DNA of 63,127 nt, counting the filler, from Octopus bimaculoides (taxonomy: Eukaryota), in NCBI RefSeq assembly GCF_001194135.2. It is 5 parts of 5 records of this genome, joined end to end, with 100 filler letters (N's around TTAATTAATTAA, not from the genome) between each part and the next. Parts side by side here need not be neighbours in the genome. Positions count along the whole stretch, not along the records: positions 1 to 28,798 come from NC_069003.1; 4 more parts are not named here. One strand, given 5' to 3'. Shown piece by piece: positions 1 through 11,585 of this stretch. The notes below the pieces were generated by a model that was not told the DNA's origin, did no database searches, and worked only from the letters and a program-made list of their open reading frames with translations. The position numbers were made by a program, and so were the translations under genes. The first letter of the stretch is position 1. Every line of letters begins with the position of its first letter.

Positions 1-589
1 GGGTTTGAAAAATATCAGACTACAACAATAACTTGACACTATGTGTGAGATATAATGTGAAGAAATATGTTTAAAAACTGTTTCATTTCTAAATATAAAT
101 AATACCTTTCGTCTGTGCTTATTTATGTGAGTATTATAAAATTCTGTTAATCTATTGGATTTTTCTAAGTTTATATAATATTTCGCTCCGAGCCTAATAT
201 CATTCGACAGATTCCTGGACAACTTCAATTGCCTGGTGTATCGTTGAGTACGGAGAGGAGGAATTGTTTCTTTTTTTTTTTTTTTTCAATTTTCGATCGG
301 TGCATTTAAAATACTCTGGTAGAAAATTCTGTTTAAATCACATAAAGGTGTTCCATAAATTAATTAAACCCATAAAAAAATTGAATCCTTTTGACTCTAA
401 AACTGAAATTAATAGAACATGTAATGGAATATTCTGTAATGGAATTGTTATTGTAAAAGAAACAATGTGGTTACAATTTGATAGCAAAAAAAGATATAAA
501 GTTGATGATTGTATAACATTGTACAGGTGTAGCAAAACTAAATTGTTTTAGTGTAAAAAAAGAGTATACATATACACAATTTCTTTGTA

Positions 590-1903
590 CTCATGCACAC
601 TTCTCGCACACAATTACAAATTTAATGGAGCTTCACCTGTATTCTCCTAAATACTGAGGTTTAGCATGTAGCTGTTATAGTGATCTTTTCGGATGATTCC
701 CCACCCCCGCAGGCAGTTTCACTGCATTTTATTTTCTTTGTTCCTGAATGACGAAGTATGATTGTGAAATATTTCCTTGAATTTCCTTTTGGTCATACCA
801 GTATAAATTTTTTGCGTGGGAACAAACTTCAGATTTGTTTATTAACTTTTGCTTCACTTATGAAAATCTCTTTTCACCCGACCCATTAATTGGATATGTC
901 TTTATATGAACAATCAGGCATATTATGTATTATAAGCTTATGAGACCTATAATCTTCACATTAGCAGTGCAGCTAAAACTATATATCTGTTGAATAGTTT
1001 CTTGTATATATGACCACTAGGATAAAGTACTGATTAAATTTCAAAAATATTTCGCTATGCTGGATTTAACATTTAATAATAAAGAGATGTAAACCAAACG
1101 ATGTTTCGACGCCTTATCAATATTTAAAGGGTTTCAGTTTAGGGATACATCTGATTTTAACTTCGTTCGCTTTCAAGAAGTCATTCTAAGAATGAACTGC
1201 CTTATCAAAAATCTCTTAACTTCAGGCCCTATTTAAAAGCCACAAACAATGTCGGCTTGAGTTTTGACTACAACGCCTTGTAGGCATGAAGCTGTGTTAA
1301 TATAAGTGTGCTTTAAGGCGGTGAGCTGGCAGAATTGTTAGCACACCGGGCTAACTCGTTAGCGTCATTTCGTCCATCTTTTCCATTTCCGTTGAGTTCG
1401 ACTTTGCTTTCAATCCTTTCGGAGTTGATAAAATAAGTACCAGTTGAGTACTGGGTTTGATCCAATCGACTCACCTCTACCATCAAAATTGCTGGTCTTG
1501 TGCCAATATTTGAAATCAATATAAGCGAGCTTTAACCTAAGTCTTTTTATACTTTGTATAAGATAGTATTTAAATTTGGGGTGACACCCAGGACATTAAC
1601 TATGCCTATGCTTGTCGCATTTGTTATCTTAAGACTGAAAGTAATGAATGTTTGAATATTTTTCTTTAGATATTTTTCAGAAAAAGCTATTCTGTCATCT
1701 CTATCTAGGAGAAAGTCTATAGAGTTAAACTTCTTATTGTATCCGCATATATCAGCGACATCGAATGACTCTGTGCTTAGATCAAAAGAACGATCTGTAT
1801 CAAATATCTGAACCCGGATGGAATCCTTATAAATAGCAGGCATTGTGACTTCAATATTGCCAATAGTGTAATAATGGTTTAGAGATCGATGAATATTATT
1901 CTT
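590..1903 (-). mobile_element. Penelope-like element relic (RT C-terminal half plus GIY-YIG endonuclease), interrupted by a SINE
   Basis: ORF 1547-1843 reads SFDVADIC..LDRDD..FSLKITNATSIGIVNVLGVTPNLNTILYK, matching PLE RT SFDGAEIC/LYRDD/GLKITIECNLKIVNFLDVTLNLNTGTY. Downstream minus frames give KLFNR..SCTANVKII and IYTGMTKRKFKEIFHNHTSSFRN (GIY-YIG), with stops and frameshifts. Confidence 0.85.
1315..1522 (+). mobile_element. tRNA-derived SINE family A
   Basis: AAGGCGGTGAGCTGGCAGAATTGTTAGCAC head, GAGTTCGACT B-box region and CCTTTCGGAGTTGATAAAATAAGTACCAG central box; many homologs in the window. Confidence 0.85.
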
Positions 1904-1938
1904 CTGTCAAGTTAGTTAAGTTTAGTGTTGAATGTTTC

Positions 1939-1990
<52 letters not shown>

Positions 1991-1992
<2 letters not shown>

Positions 1993-2582
1993 TAGTTTTA
2001 TTTTTATAACGTGCTTTCACTTCACTACCGAGCGCAGCTCTGTGCGCCTTGGGTATGTGCTGTGGTTTGCTGTGGTGCTCTTATGTTTACTGTATTGAAA
2101 GTGTTTTGCGTAGAATGTGTGCAGTACCCAGTAGTGCAATTTTCTGTATGTTATATATATTTGTAAGTCCTTGTNNNNNNNNNNNNNNNNNNNNNNNNNN
2201 NNNNNNNNNNNNNNNNNNNNNNNNNNNNNNNNNNNNNNNNNNNNNNNNNNNNNNNNNNNNNNNNNNNNNNNNNNNNNNNNNNNNNNNNNNNNNNNNNNNN
2301 NNNNNNNNNNNNNNNNNNNNNNNNNNNNNNNNNNNNNNNNNNNNNNNNNNNNNNNNNNNNNNNNNNNNNNNNNNNNNNNNNNNNNNNNNNNNNNNNNNNN
2401 NNNNNNNNNNNNNNNNNTCTTCATGATCTTTGACAACTATATCTGGTCTATTTGCCTTAATTTCTCTATCTGTGTGTATTGGCATATCCCAGAGTATGGT
2501 TGCTTTCTCGTTTTCTGTGACCTTTTCTGGCGTGTGTTTATACCATCTTTTTTCTGTTGTTATTCCATAATGTTGGCATAGC
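1991..2582 (-). mobile_element. R4/Dong-clade non-LTR retrotransposon, 5'-truncated 3' end (RLE domain plus 3' UTR)
   Basis: KLCQHYGITTEKRWYKHTPEKVTENEKATILWDMPIHTDREIKANRPDIVVKDHE..IQKIALLGTAHILRKTLSIQ*; flanked on both sides by (ATT)n tracts; internal N gap. Confidence 0.9.
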
Positions 2583-2635
<53 letters not shown>

Positions 2636-2668
2636 GTCGTTGTTGTTGCTGCTGCTACTGCTGCTGCT

Positions 2669-2875
2669 GCTGGCTGAGTCGGTAGCACGCCGGGCGAAAT
2701 GCTTAGCGACATTTCGTCTGTCTTTATGTTCTGAGTTCAAATTCCACCGAGATCGACTTTGCCGTTTATCCTTTCGGGGTCGATAAATTAGGTACCATTT
2801 GAGTACTGGGGTCGATGTATTTGACTTACCCCTCCACCAAATTTCAGGCCCTCTGCCTATTGTAGAAAGGATTAT
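2669..2875 (+). mobile_element. SINE family A
   Basis: Head GGTAGCACGCCGGGCGAAATGCTTAGC, GAGTTCAAATTCC, central box, (ATT)n tail. Confidence 0.85.
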
Positions 2876-3429
2876 TATAATTATTGTGGTTATCATTATC
2901 ATGATTATTATTGCCTTGCATAATGTGAAAATATTTTTGATTTCTGATTTATTGCAGTCATTGCTAAATGAAATGCTCTTTGGCATAATTATAAAAAGTA
3001 CCATTGTTTAAGAGTGTCTTCCTTCAAAACCCGGTGAGGGGCGGGGTTAGACCACGAAAATGAGGTTTGCTTTATAAACTGTTAACATTTTATTTACACA
3101 CATTGCATTTCCATATCTCAGATGAGTGCCACATATAATTATGCCACATAGCAAGGTACTACAATGGTTAAACGCAACACATATTCAAAACACAACTACA
3201 TGCATAAGGGGAAGGAAATGAACAGTATATCGAACAATTAAAAGGAGATAAAATATGGAAGACAGTGGCAATAACAACAACAACAACAACAGTTGAAACT
3301 CTTGCATGATCTCAAATACTGCGGTTCGTTCATATAGCTCTTTCATGTGTGAAAACAAACCTTCCCTCAATTCTAAATGAACAGACAGAATGTTTGGCCA
3401 TATGACAGATACCAGAGGAAAACTTAGGA

Positions 3430-3816
3430 TTTTGTAAAATCTAGCAGCTTTTCTTTTACCAGTGAAGATAATCCAGGAGAGGGCGAAGAGACAAATGATA
3501 AATCTTACCAAAAAAAAAAAACGGAAACTGAATAAATTTACCCTCACGTCAAGATATTACAACAATCCCTTCATGATATATCAGGAGAAAAATGGAAATA
3601 ATACGGAGCCCTGGGAACAACGAGTAAAAGTCTTGAGAAGTACATGGAATAAATAGGGGCTGCAATAAGGGTGGAACACTTGCAGAAAATATCACTGCTT
3701 GGAACCGCTCGAATACTCCAGAAGGTGCTCGAAAACTGAGAGGTGTTACCTTAGTTCACTGGTAGTGAACAGCTGACACCGTAGTACATTTCCAGCGTTA
3801 GAAGCTGTGCAAAGGC

Positions 3817-3864
<48 letters not shown>

Positions 3865-3882
3865 GATAATAATAATAATAAA
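3430..3882 (+). mobile_element. R4/Dong-like LINE 3' end with (AAT)n tail
   Basis: GTGGAACACTTGCAGAAAATATCACTGCTTGGAACCGCTCGAATACTCCAGAAGGTGCTCGAAAACTGA = VEHLQKISLLGTARILQKVLEN*, followed by a short UTR and (AAT)n. Confidence 0.75.
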
Positions 3883-3884
3883 AC

Positions 3885-4650
3885 TTTTCTACTCTAGGCA
3901 CAAAGCCCAAAATTTGGGGGGACGGGCCAGTCGATTAGATCGACTCCAGTGCGCAACTGGTACTTAATTTATCGACCCTGAAAGGATGAAAGGCAAAGTT
4001 GACCTCGGTGTAATTTGAACTCAGAGTGTAAAGAGAGACGAAATTTTAGCCGCCTTAATAATAATAATAATCCTTTCTACTAAAGGCACAAGGCCTGAAA
4101 TTTGTAGGGAGGGGACTAGTCGATCACATTGACCCCAGTGTTTCGCTGGTACATAATTCATCGACCCCAAAAGAATGAAAAAGCAAAGTCGACATCGACA
4201 GAATTTGAACTCAGAACGTAGCAACGGGCGAAATAACGCTAAAGCATTTCTTCCAACGTGCCAACGATTCTGCCAGCTCACCGCCTTAATAACCATTATA
4301 ATAATAATAATGATGATGATTATGATCATGATGATGATGATGATTTAGGCACAACACCAGTAATTTCGAGTGGTAGGAGGCTAGTCGAGTATATAGCTTG
4401 ATGTACTTGATTGGTTCTTTATTTCTATCGACGGTAGAAGGATGAAAGTTAGAGTTGTCTCTAAATAACTGATATAAGTACGGTGAAGTATTTTTCCGAA
4501 GCTCTAAAAATCCCGCCAATCCACGCTTCCAGAGCAATTTCTTGCATGTGCCCAAAGTCAGAATTTTTGAAGAGGAATCAGTTGATTATATTGATTCTAG
4601 TACTTCACTGGAACTTCTTTTGTCGATCACGAACGGGGATGGCGAGTTGA
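3885..4650 (-). mobile_element. Chain of four same-orientation SINE family A copies (about 3885-4057, 4071-4288, 4345-4500, 4550-4650)
   Basis: Repeated GTCGAT..CGACCCCAG..CTGGTAC..TCGACCC..GAAAGG cores separated by (AAT)n/(GAT)n; the last two copies are degenerate. Confidence 0.75.
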
Positions 4651-4686
4651 TTTTGGTAGGAATTGAACAGAAAACTAAAGCAACAT

Positions 4687-5050
4687 TGTTGTTGGCACGC
4701 TTACGACGTCGAGGGTTCCAGTTGATCCGATCAACGGAACAGACTGCTCGTGAAATTAACGTGCAAGTGGCTGAGCACTCCGCAGACACGTGTGTCGGGG
4801 ATATTCAGCGTGACACAGTGTGACAAGGCTGACCCTTTGAATTACAGGCACAACAGAAACAGGAAGTAAGAGTGAGAGAAAGTTGTGTTGAAAGAGTACA
4901 GCAGGGTTCGCCACCATCCCCTGCCGGAGCCTCGTGGTGCTTTAGGTGTTTTCGCTCAATAAACACTCACAACGCCCGGTCTGGGAATCGAAACCGCGAT
5001 CCTGTGACCGCGAGTCCGCTGCTCTAACCACTGGGCCATTGCGCCTCCAC
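4687..5050 (-). mobile_element. tRNA-derived SINE family B, full length, 13-bp TSD
   Basis: Head GTGGAGGCGCAATGGCCCAGTGGTTAGAGCAGCGGACTC..GGTTTCGATTCCC on the minus strand; TSD ACTAAAGCAACAT at 4674-4686 and 5051-5063. Confidence 0.92.
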
Positions 5051-7269
5051 ACTAAAGCAACATAAGCAAGTATCCAAAAAAAAAACATATCTTTCGTTTG
5101 CTTGTCGTTTCTGCTTTTGGTCATTCTTTAATCATAATAATCATGATATATGGCTTAGGCATACAACTGCGCACTTCTCAGGTGAAGTGCTGTTGTTTAA
5201 TTAACCCCTGCGCTTCATTGTTTCGAAAACAATAAAAACTACCGCGAGAAATCTCCATTAAGAACGTTGGAATAACTGTGTAAATAATACAGTAATTCAT
5301 TTTAATATTATTGCCTAATATGAGTTGCTGGTATTAAATGATTAATATCAGTGATTTATTTCTTATGATATAAATTATATATTGCTTGCACTGGCACTAA
5401 TCATCGATTAATCACCACATGCAAACACACAAACTGAAAACAATTCAACATTAGACAAATTTATTTTAACGAAAACAAAATATGTACTTGCACAAACCGT
5501 TTCATTCGGCTGATGATTAAAATGGGAAATGAAATATGTGAATTCAATGCATTAAATGTAAAGTATAACAGAAGTGGAAACTTTTGTAACACTGCAAAGG
5601 AATATACACGTAACCGATAAAAAGATAATCACATCTTAATACAGGGCCGGGTATTACATTGTAAGTCTCATATGAAAAGCAGAAAATCAGATATGGACTC
5701 AGAGTAAATTTTTATACTATAAAAACATTTAACAAGTTTACTCTTCTCCCGAAGCTGTAACTACCACAATATGCTTGTACATAATCTCAGGAAAAAATAA
5801 TTCTGATCTGAAAGTAACCGTAAATCTCAACAATATAAGTATTTTGGGAACATACGTACTTACGATATCAAACAAGCATTAAGATTTTAAACATTGAGAA
5901 AACTAGACAGGAAGATTAGACTTAGTTCAAATAAAACAAACTAATGACGAATCGAATAGGACTCAAAATGAAACTTCTATGGAATAATCGACCGTCTGAA
6001 GCCAAAACAGAACTACACAAACGAAAAACCAGAACATAAATAAAGAGTAGAAAGTTTTAAAGATGGGAATTTTGAATTATATGATAATCTAAATGTAGAA
6101 ATTGTTGAAGTATTAAAATCGATTGAAGATCTTATAGGCTACTGAAAGACATCCTAAAGATAAAACGATAACATAATGCATCTATAACATTTAAAAAAGA
6201 AGACGAAAATAATGAAACAGAATAGAGTTTTGACCATCGTAGACATCGTGGAGACACATGCAAACATTTGATATAACGATCATAAATGCACCAATCACAG
6301 TGGTAGACGGGGAAGATAGAAAATAAAAGAAATATCTCAATCATTAATGAAGTCTGAAACGATAAGATAAAAGAAAAGAAAGTTAGACAATTGCTACAGA
6401 AATATAGCGAGCGACATAGTAAAAGATGTACCAGCGAGCCAACAATAGTTCCTCTATGTTGTTTCTCAATATGCTGGAAATAGCAGCTGAATCTCCTTAA
6501 AATTTCACACTGTCAATGTTGTTGACTTAATCAGAGAAGGGGGACGGTACGCGTATTACTATTTTCAGGGCTTCCGTGACAGATGGTCCTTAATACTTGC
6601 AGCAAAGTGGACTCAGCTGCAGCCGCCGCAAGGTTAGATTGTAATGTTAACCCGATTCACGGATTCACGCCTAAACACCAAAGCAAAAACAAAAAGCAAA
6701 TTGGGACATTGTGCATTGTAAGTCCTAGGTACCCAAAATGACGGAATATTCATGGCTGGAATGTCTTTGAATATAGACTGCTCAATCAGAGCAGACTTGT
6801 GGCTAAACAATGACAAAAGAACTCGAGATCAAAGAGCAACACAAATAAGAGAACTTCGTTAAACCATTAAGAATCTGTCAAAAGCGACAACATTATACAA
6901 AACAGTTTGTTTCAAACTGTCTGCCATCTTTCTAAGATCAACAACATAAACAAAACACACACTGATTGAGAACGAAGAAAAATGGACAAAGATCTGTGAA
7001 TAAGAAATGGAAGCACGCTAGAAACAATGGTTATACATTGTGCTAGAAATAGCAGTCAAATCTCTCTCAAATCAAACCCTTCTGCTTACAATGGGAAGCA
7101 CACCATCAATGATGACTGTTCTCAGACACAGACCACCTTCTCCACTTGTACCCACCAGCATGCAAGAGAACCTACAAGGAAGGCTCAATGTTATTCAGTC
7201 ACTCTGTTAGAAATAGATGTTTAGCCACAAGTCTGCTCTGATTGAAAGTTGTAGGAACACCCAGCCATC

Positions 7270-8800
7270 TTCACACGAACTGACTGTACAATTCAACTTC
7301 TTCGTTGCCTCCATCTGACACTGGATCAGTCATAAAGGAAGGATGGACCCTACAGTTTGAGTTTAATGCCGTTTAGTTATCTTTAGTTATGTCATAGTGT
7401 CTTTGACATTGCTGCTTTCCTTCAGGATGCTGTCATAATTCTTCCTAAGGCATCAGATTATTTTCTCCTAAATTGCTAGAATCTCAAACCCTCGAACACT
7501 AAAGATGCTTGTCAGCTTTCCTTTCAGGAAAGTTCCAGAATTTTCTTGGGTTAAATTTCATCCATAACCATGTAGATCCCTTTTCCAGTAAGTTCAGGCT
7601 CCTTTTAGACTAATGGTGTTATAACTGTTATATCATCCATGAACGCCCTACAGACCTTGTATGGTCATTAGTTTCTGGTCCTTAGACTGCTTTTCCTCCC
7701 ATTTCTTGTAGTAGGATCTTAGCAGCCAGAAACAGGACCAGATATTATGCACTCTGCCATAATACCTTTTGTAAGACTCTGTCATGTGGTTGTGAAATTT
7801 TTTTTGTGAACCTCATCTGTGAATCCATGAGTTTGACTACTGCCATTGATATTTGATAGTACTCTGAAGTACTTGGTGTCAGCTGGTAGGGCACATGTGG
7901 TTAATCTTTGTCAAAATCTAACTATACTAGTGAGAGCACGATTCTGTTCTTTGTTTCCTTAATATTTTGGTTGATTGTTGATGTATGTTTAACGCATCCA
8001 GAGTTCTCCTTTGTGGATATTCATGTCAATGTACTCATTGGAAAGCAAATATGTTGCCAATCTGTTGCTAATAAAGGACCAAGATTTCTTTGACATCTAA
8101 CAAAGAGATGTCTCGAAAGTGGTCAAGTCTTGCTGAGTTATTGTCTCCCATACCAAAACATCCATTCTCAAATATTCAGAGCTTATTCCTGTGTTTTCTC
8201 CTAGATTGCCATCTTTATTAGCCTCCTTAGTAGCAGTGGGAAGTTTTTTATGGATCTTATATATGATACTAGATGATCCCGGAGCAGTGCATATCCAAGC
8301 TGTTACTTCATTGAGAGTGAAGTCTGTCATATTGAAAAGGGACATGTGGCGTTAGCAACTAGAAAGGACAGTCAGCTTGTGGAATGTCTTTCTTGGGGTC
8401 ACAATGTACTGCTGCCACTCTTTCTTAAAATGTATCTGCTTCCCTCTTTTCGGTTTTCCAACGAGATCAGTTGGGAACCAGAAGTATTTGTAATATACAA
8501 ATTTTCTCTCTTTCTCTATTTTTATTTTATTCCTGCTCTACGAAGCTGCACCAAGTCTTTCCATATTTCTGAGCTCCACAGGTCTAACGCTTCTTTTTCT
8601 TAATCATTTGCTTCTCTCCGCCTTTTCTTCAGCTGTTTTAGCTCATTCGTCAGTTCTGTAAGCTGATGTTGCCTTCTACTGTGACAAAGAAGCTTCCCGT
8701 TTTTCCTTCCTTCATGTCAAATGCATCTTGACATGCCTGTTACGCAACTTGCATTATGGTTCCTGTCTTCTTTCTTCAATATCCTTTCAGAATATTACTT
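7270..8800 (-). mobile_element. HERO-like RLE non-LTR retrotransposon relic (RT)
   Basis: Minus translation gives QQLTELTNELKQLKKRRREAND*EKEALDL, KGIMAECIISG and AFMDDITVIT (7625-7647), matching HERO-type KGIITGCTIS/AFMDDLTVTT; many stops. Confidence 0.7.
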
Positions 8801-9390
8801 AAAATGAGGTTTAGCTATTACAAGTGTTAAATACTCCATTGTCAAATACACAGAGATGCCACAAAGACTGAATTTCAAAATTAGTTGTTGATCAACGAAG
8901 ACATAACTGAAGATGGTCCGATGGGTTAATTACCAGAAGAATTTTGACAGTTACTGTTGTTGCTATTGCTGCTGTTGTTGTTGTTGTTGTTGTTGTTGTT
9001 ATTGTTTAACCCCAGGTTAGTCATTGCCATCACATCCATTTTAAGTCAGTGTATGTAGAATTTCAATATCCGATGCATCCATCCCATTCTTTTAAGACAG
9101 TGATTTAAGGGATGTTTGGCTGTTGTTTGTTGTAAGGACGAGTGACTGCGTAAAGGTTCCATCGCTCTTTTGAACTTGTCGTCACAGCTCCAGGTTCTGG
9201 CAATATTTACCATGAGTAAAGTAGCAGCATTTACAAGTAAATACATCGAATTAAATATGTCATGGGTAAATAGAAACATTTCTACAGATCTAAACAGAAG
9301 GGATTGTAAAACCGATCATTGTTAGTAGAAGAGTATTCTAAATGATCGTTTCTTTATTTCTCTCTCTTTCTTTCCTTCCCTTTTTCTCCT

Positions 9391-9439
<49 letters not shown>

Positions 9440-10067
9440 CTCATTCTCTCTATTCCTTTTCTATCTGGCATTAATATCATTAAACAACATTCTAAATCAA
9501 ACATTATACGTTTACTATAGCTTGGCAATCAACCATTTCCGTCCAATGGATGACTATAATTTGTACTGTAGATATTTTTAATGAATTTTTTTTTTTCACA
9601 ATGGCTTTAACTGGAGCGGAAAAAGGGAAATTATTGTACTTGAAGCATTCAAGGCCCGAATGCTTAAAGCAGAGTGGAATTGACTAAAATCTATTGAGTA
9701 AGGTACACGGACTTAGTAGGGATATTAACATAAATTCAGTTTAGAGAAAATACACCGTGGCAAACTTTGAAGAAAGAAAATCATTAAAAATCATTTATAC
9801 AATGTCAGACGAAGAAACAGAGTTGAGATATTTAGGTCGAATGCAAACATAAACTTGTTTATGAATTAATGAATTGGACAGAATACAAGATATGTAAATG
9901 AAGGAAATGCTTAAGAAGGAATGTTGTAGTTCTATTAGATTAATACTGAAATCTGAGGTAAATAGCATGAAATAAATATAGTAGCAGGTATCTGTAGCCT
10001 TTGTTCAAAATATAAGTCTCTTATGATATTCTGAACTGATTAAAGGTGAAGGAAAATTATGACTAGA

Positions 10068-10086
10068 TTTATATTATACACAAAGC

Positions 10087-10152
<66 letters not shown>
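10068..10152. repeat. (AG)n microsatellite
   Basis: Direct reading. Confidence 0.95.
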
Positions 10153-10155
<3 letters not shown>

Positions 10156-10306
10156 CGATTGAGACTCTTTCAACTTGGAAATTAATATAAAATATTCCGG
10201 TAAAACGAAAGTGTTACAAGTAGCTACAAAAAATATATAACACTAAATTTTTAAAATCTGGTTTTTCAAATTGTGAGTCAAAAGACACTTGGAAACAAAA
10301 ACAAAT

Positions 10307-10640
10307 ATTCCGCCGAAGAAGATTTTGTCTTCCATCATTTTGGGGTCGATAAAATAAGTACCAGTTCAATTCTGGGGTCGATGTAGTCGACTTGCCCCTC
10401 CCCCGAAATTGCTGGCCTTGTACCAAAATTTGATATCTATATATAGAAATATACAAAACCAGCAATCTCGGAGTGGGGTCAGTCGATTACATCGACCCTT
10501 CTACTTAACTGGTGCTTGTTTTATCGACCCCGAAAGGATAAAAGATAAAGTTGACCTGTATGGAGTTTGAACACAGAACGTGAAGATGGACGAAATGCCA
10601 CTAAGTATTTCGTCTGGAGTGCTAACGATTCTGCCATCCC
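10307..10640. mobile_element. Two SINE family A copies, tail-to-tail (10307-10445 on +, 10458-10640 on -)
   Basis: Central box and tail present in opposite orientations. Confidence 0.8.
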
Positions 10641-11082
10641 AGTATTAAAATATTTAATTTTAATGATATTAAGTAAGGATCTGTAAAGTATGTTTAAACG
10701 TTGACAACAAACACTTTTATGTGGTTAATAAGTAGCAAAACTAAATAAGTAAATGAAGAGAAAATTCAGCAGTGGTCGAGAAGTCCAGAACTCCAAGCAA
10801 AGAGCTCAACAAAAATATCCATCCAAAAATATTTACTGGAAAATGTTTAGAGGCTTTCATTCACAAGAAATAGTTGGTTGCCAAGCAACAACCATTGTAT
10901 ACTGTCTGGTTTAAACTTTGGTTAAAGATGTTAATGCAAGAGCGAGAAGGAATACAGAAAACGAATGAGAGAGGGAGAGGTTGAACAAGGAATCTCTGGG
11001 AATATTCCTCTTCTGATGATGATAGATTTTGCAATTTACACTATTGGTTTTAAAAGAATGTCTATTTACTCTTGATATAATA

Positions 11083-11289
11083 GACGCGGGGGTGGCTGTG
11101 TTGTAAGCAGTTTGCTTTCCAACTTCATGGTTTTGACTTCAGCCCCACGGCATTGCACCTTGGCCAAGTGTCTTCTGCTATAGACTCGGGCCGACCAAAG
11201 CCTTGTCAGTGGATTTGGTAGACGAAAACTGAAAGAAGTCCGTCGTGTGTGTGTGTGTGTGTGTGTGTGTGTNNNNNNNNNNAAGTCCG

Positions 11290-11328
<39 letters not shown>

Positions 11329-11585
11329 TGTCTGTCTGTCTGTGTGTCTGTCTGTTTGTCTGTTTGTCTGTCTGTCTGTGTGTTTGTCCCTGCCACCGCT
11401 TGACAACTCGTATGGATGTGTTTGCGTCCCAGTAACTTAGCGGTTCGGCAAAAGTAAACGATAAAATAAGTACCCGGCTTTAAAAAATAAGTACTGAGGT
11501 CGATTCATTTTCGACCAAAGATTCTTGAAGGCGGTGCTCCAGCATGGTCGCAGTCTAATGAGTGAAACGAGTAAAAGGTAAAAAG
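11083..11585 (+). mobile_element. tRNA-derived SINE family C with internal (GT)n
   Basis: GGGTGGCTGTGTTGTAAG head, CGGGCCGACCAAAGCCTTGT, GTAACTTAGCGGTTCGGCAAAAG and GGCGGTGCTCCAGCATGG blocks shared with many copies. Confidence 0.85.

Noticed and set aside
338-535. Hydrophobic 65-aa ORF resembling a GPCR helix
   Set aside because: AT-rich, no family motif and no supporting exons; hydrophobic bias is expected from T-rich sequence.
5230-6340. Possible LINE ORF1-like relic
   Set aside because: Similarity too vague and too many stops to support a call.
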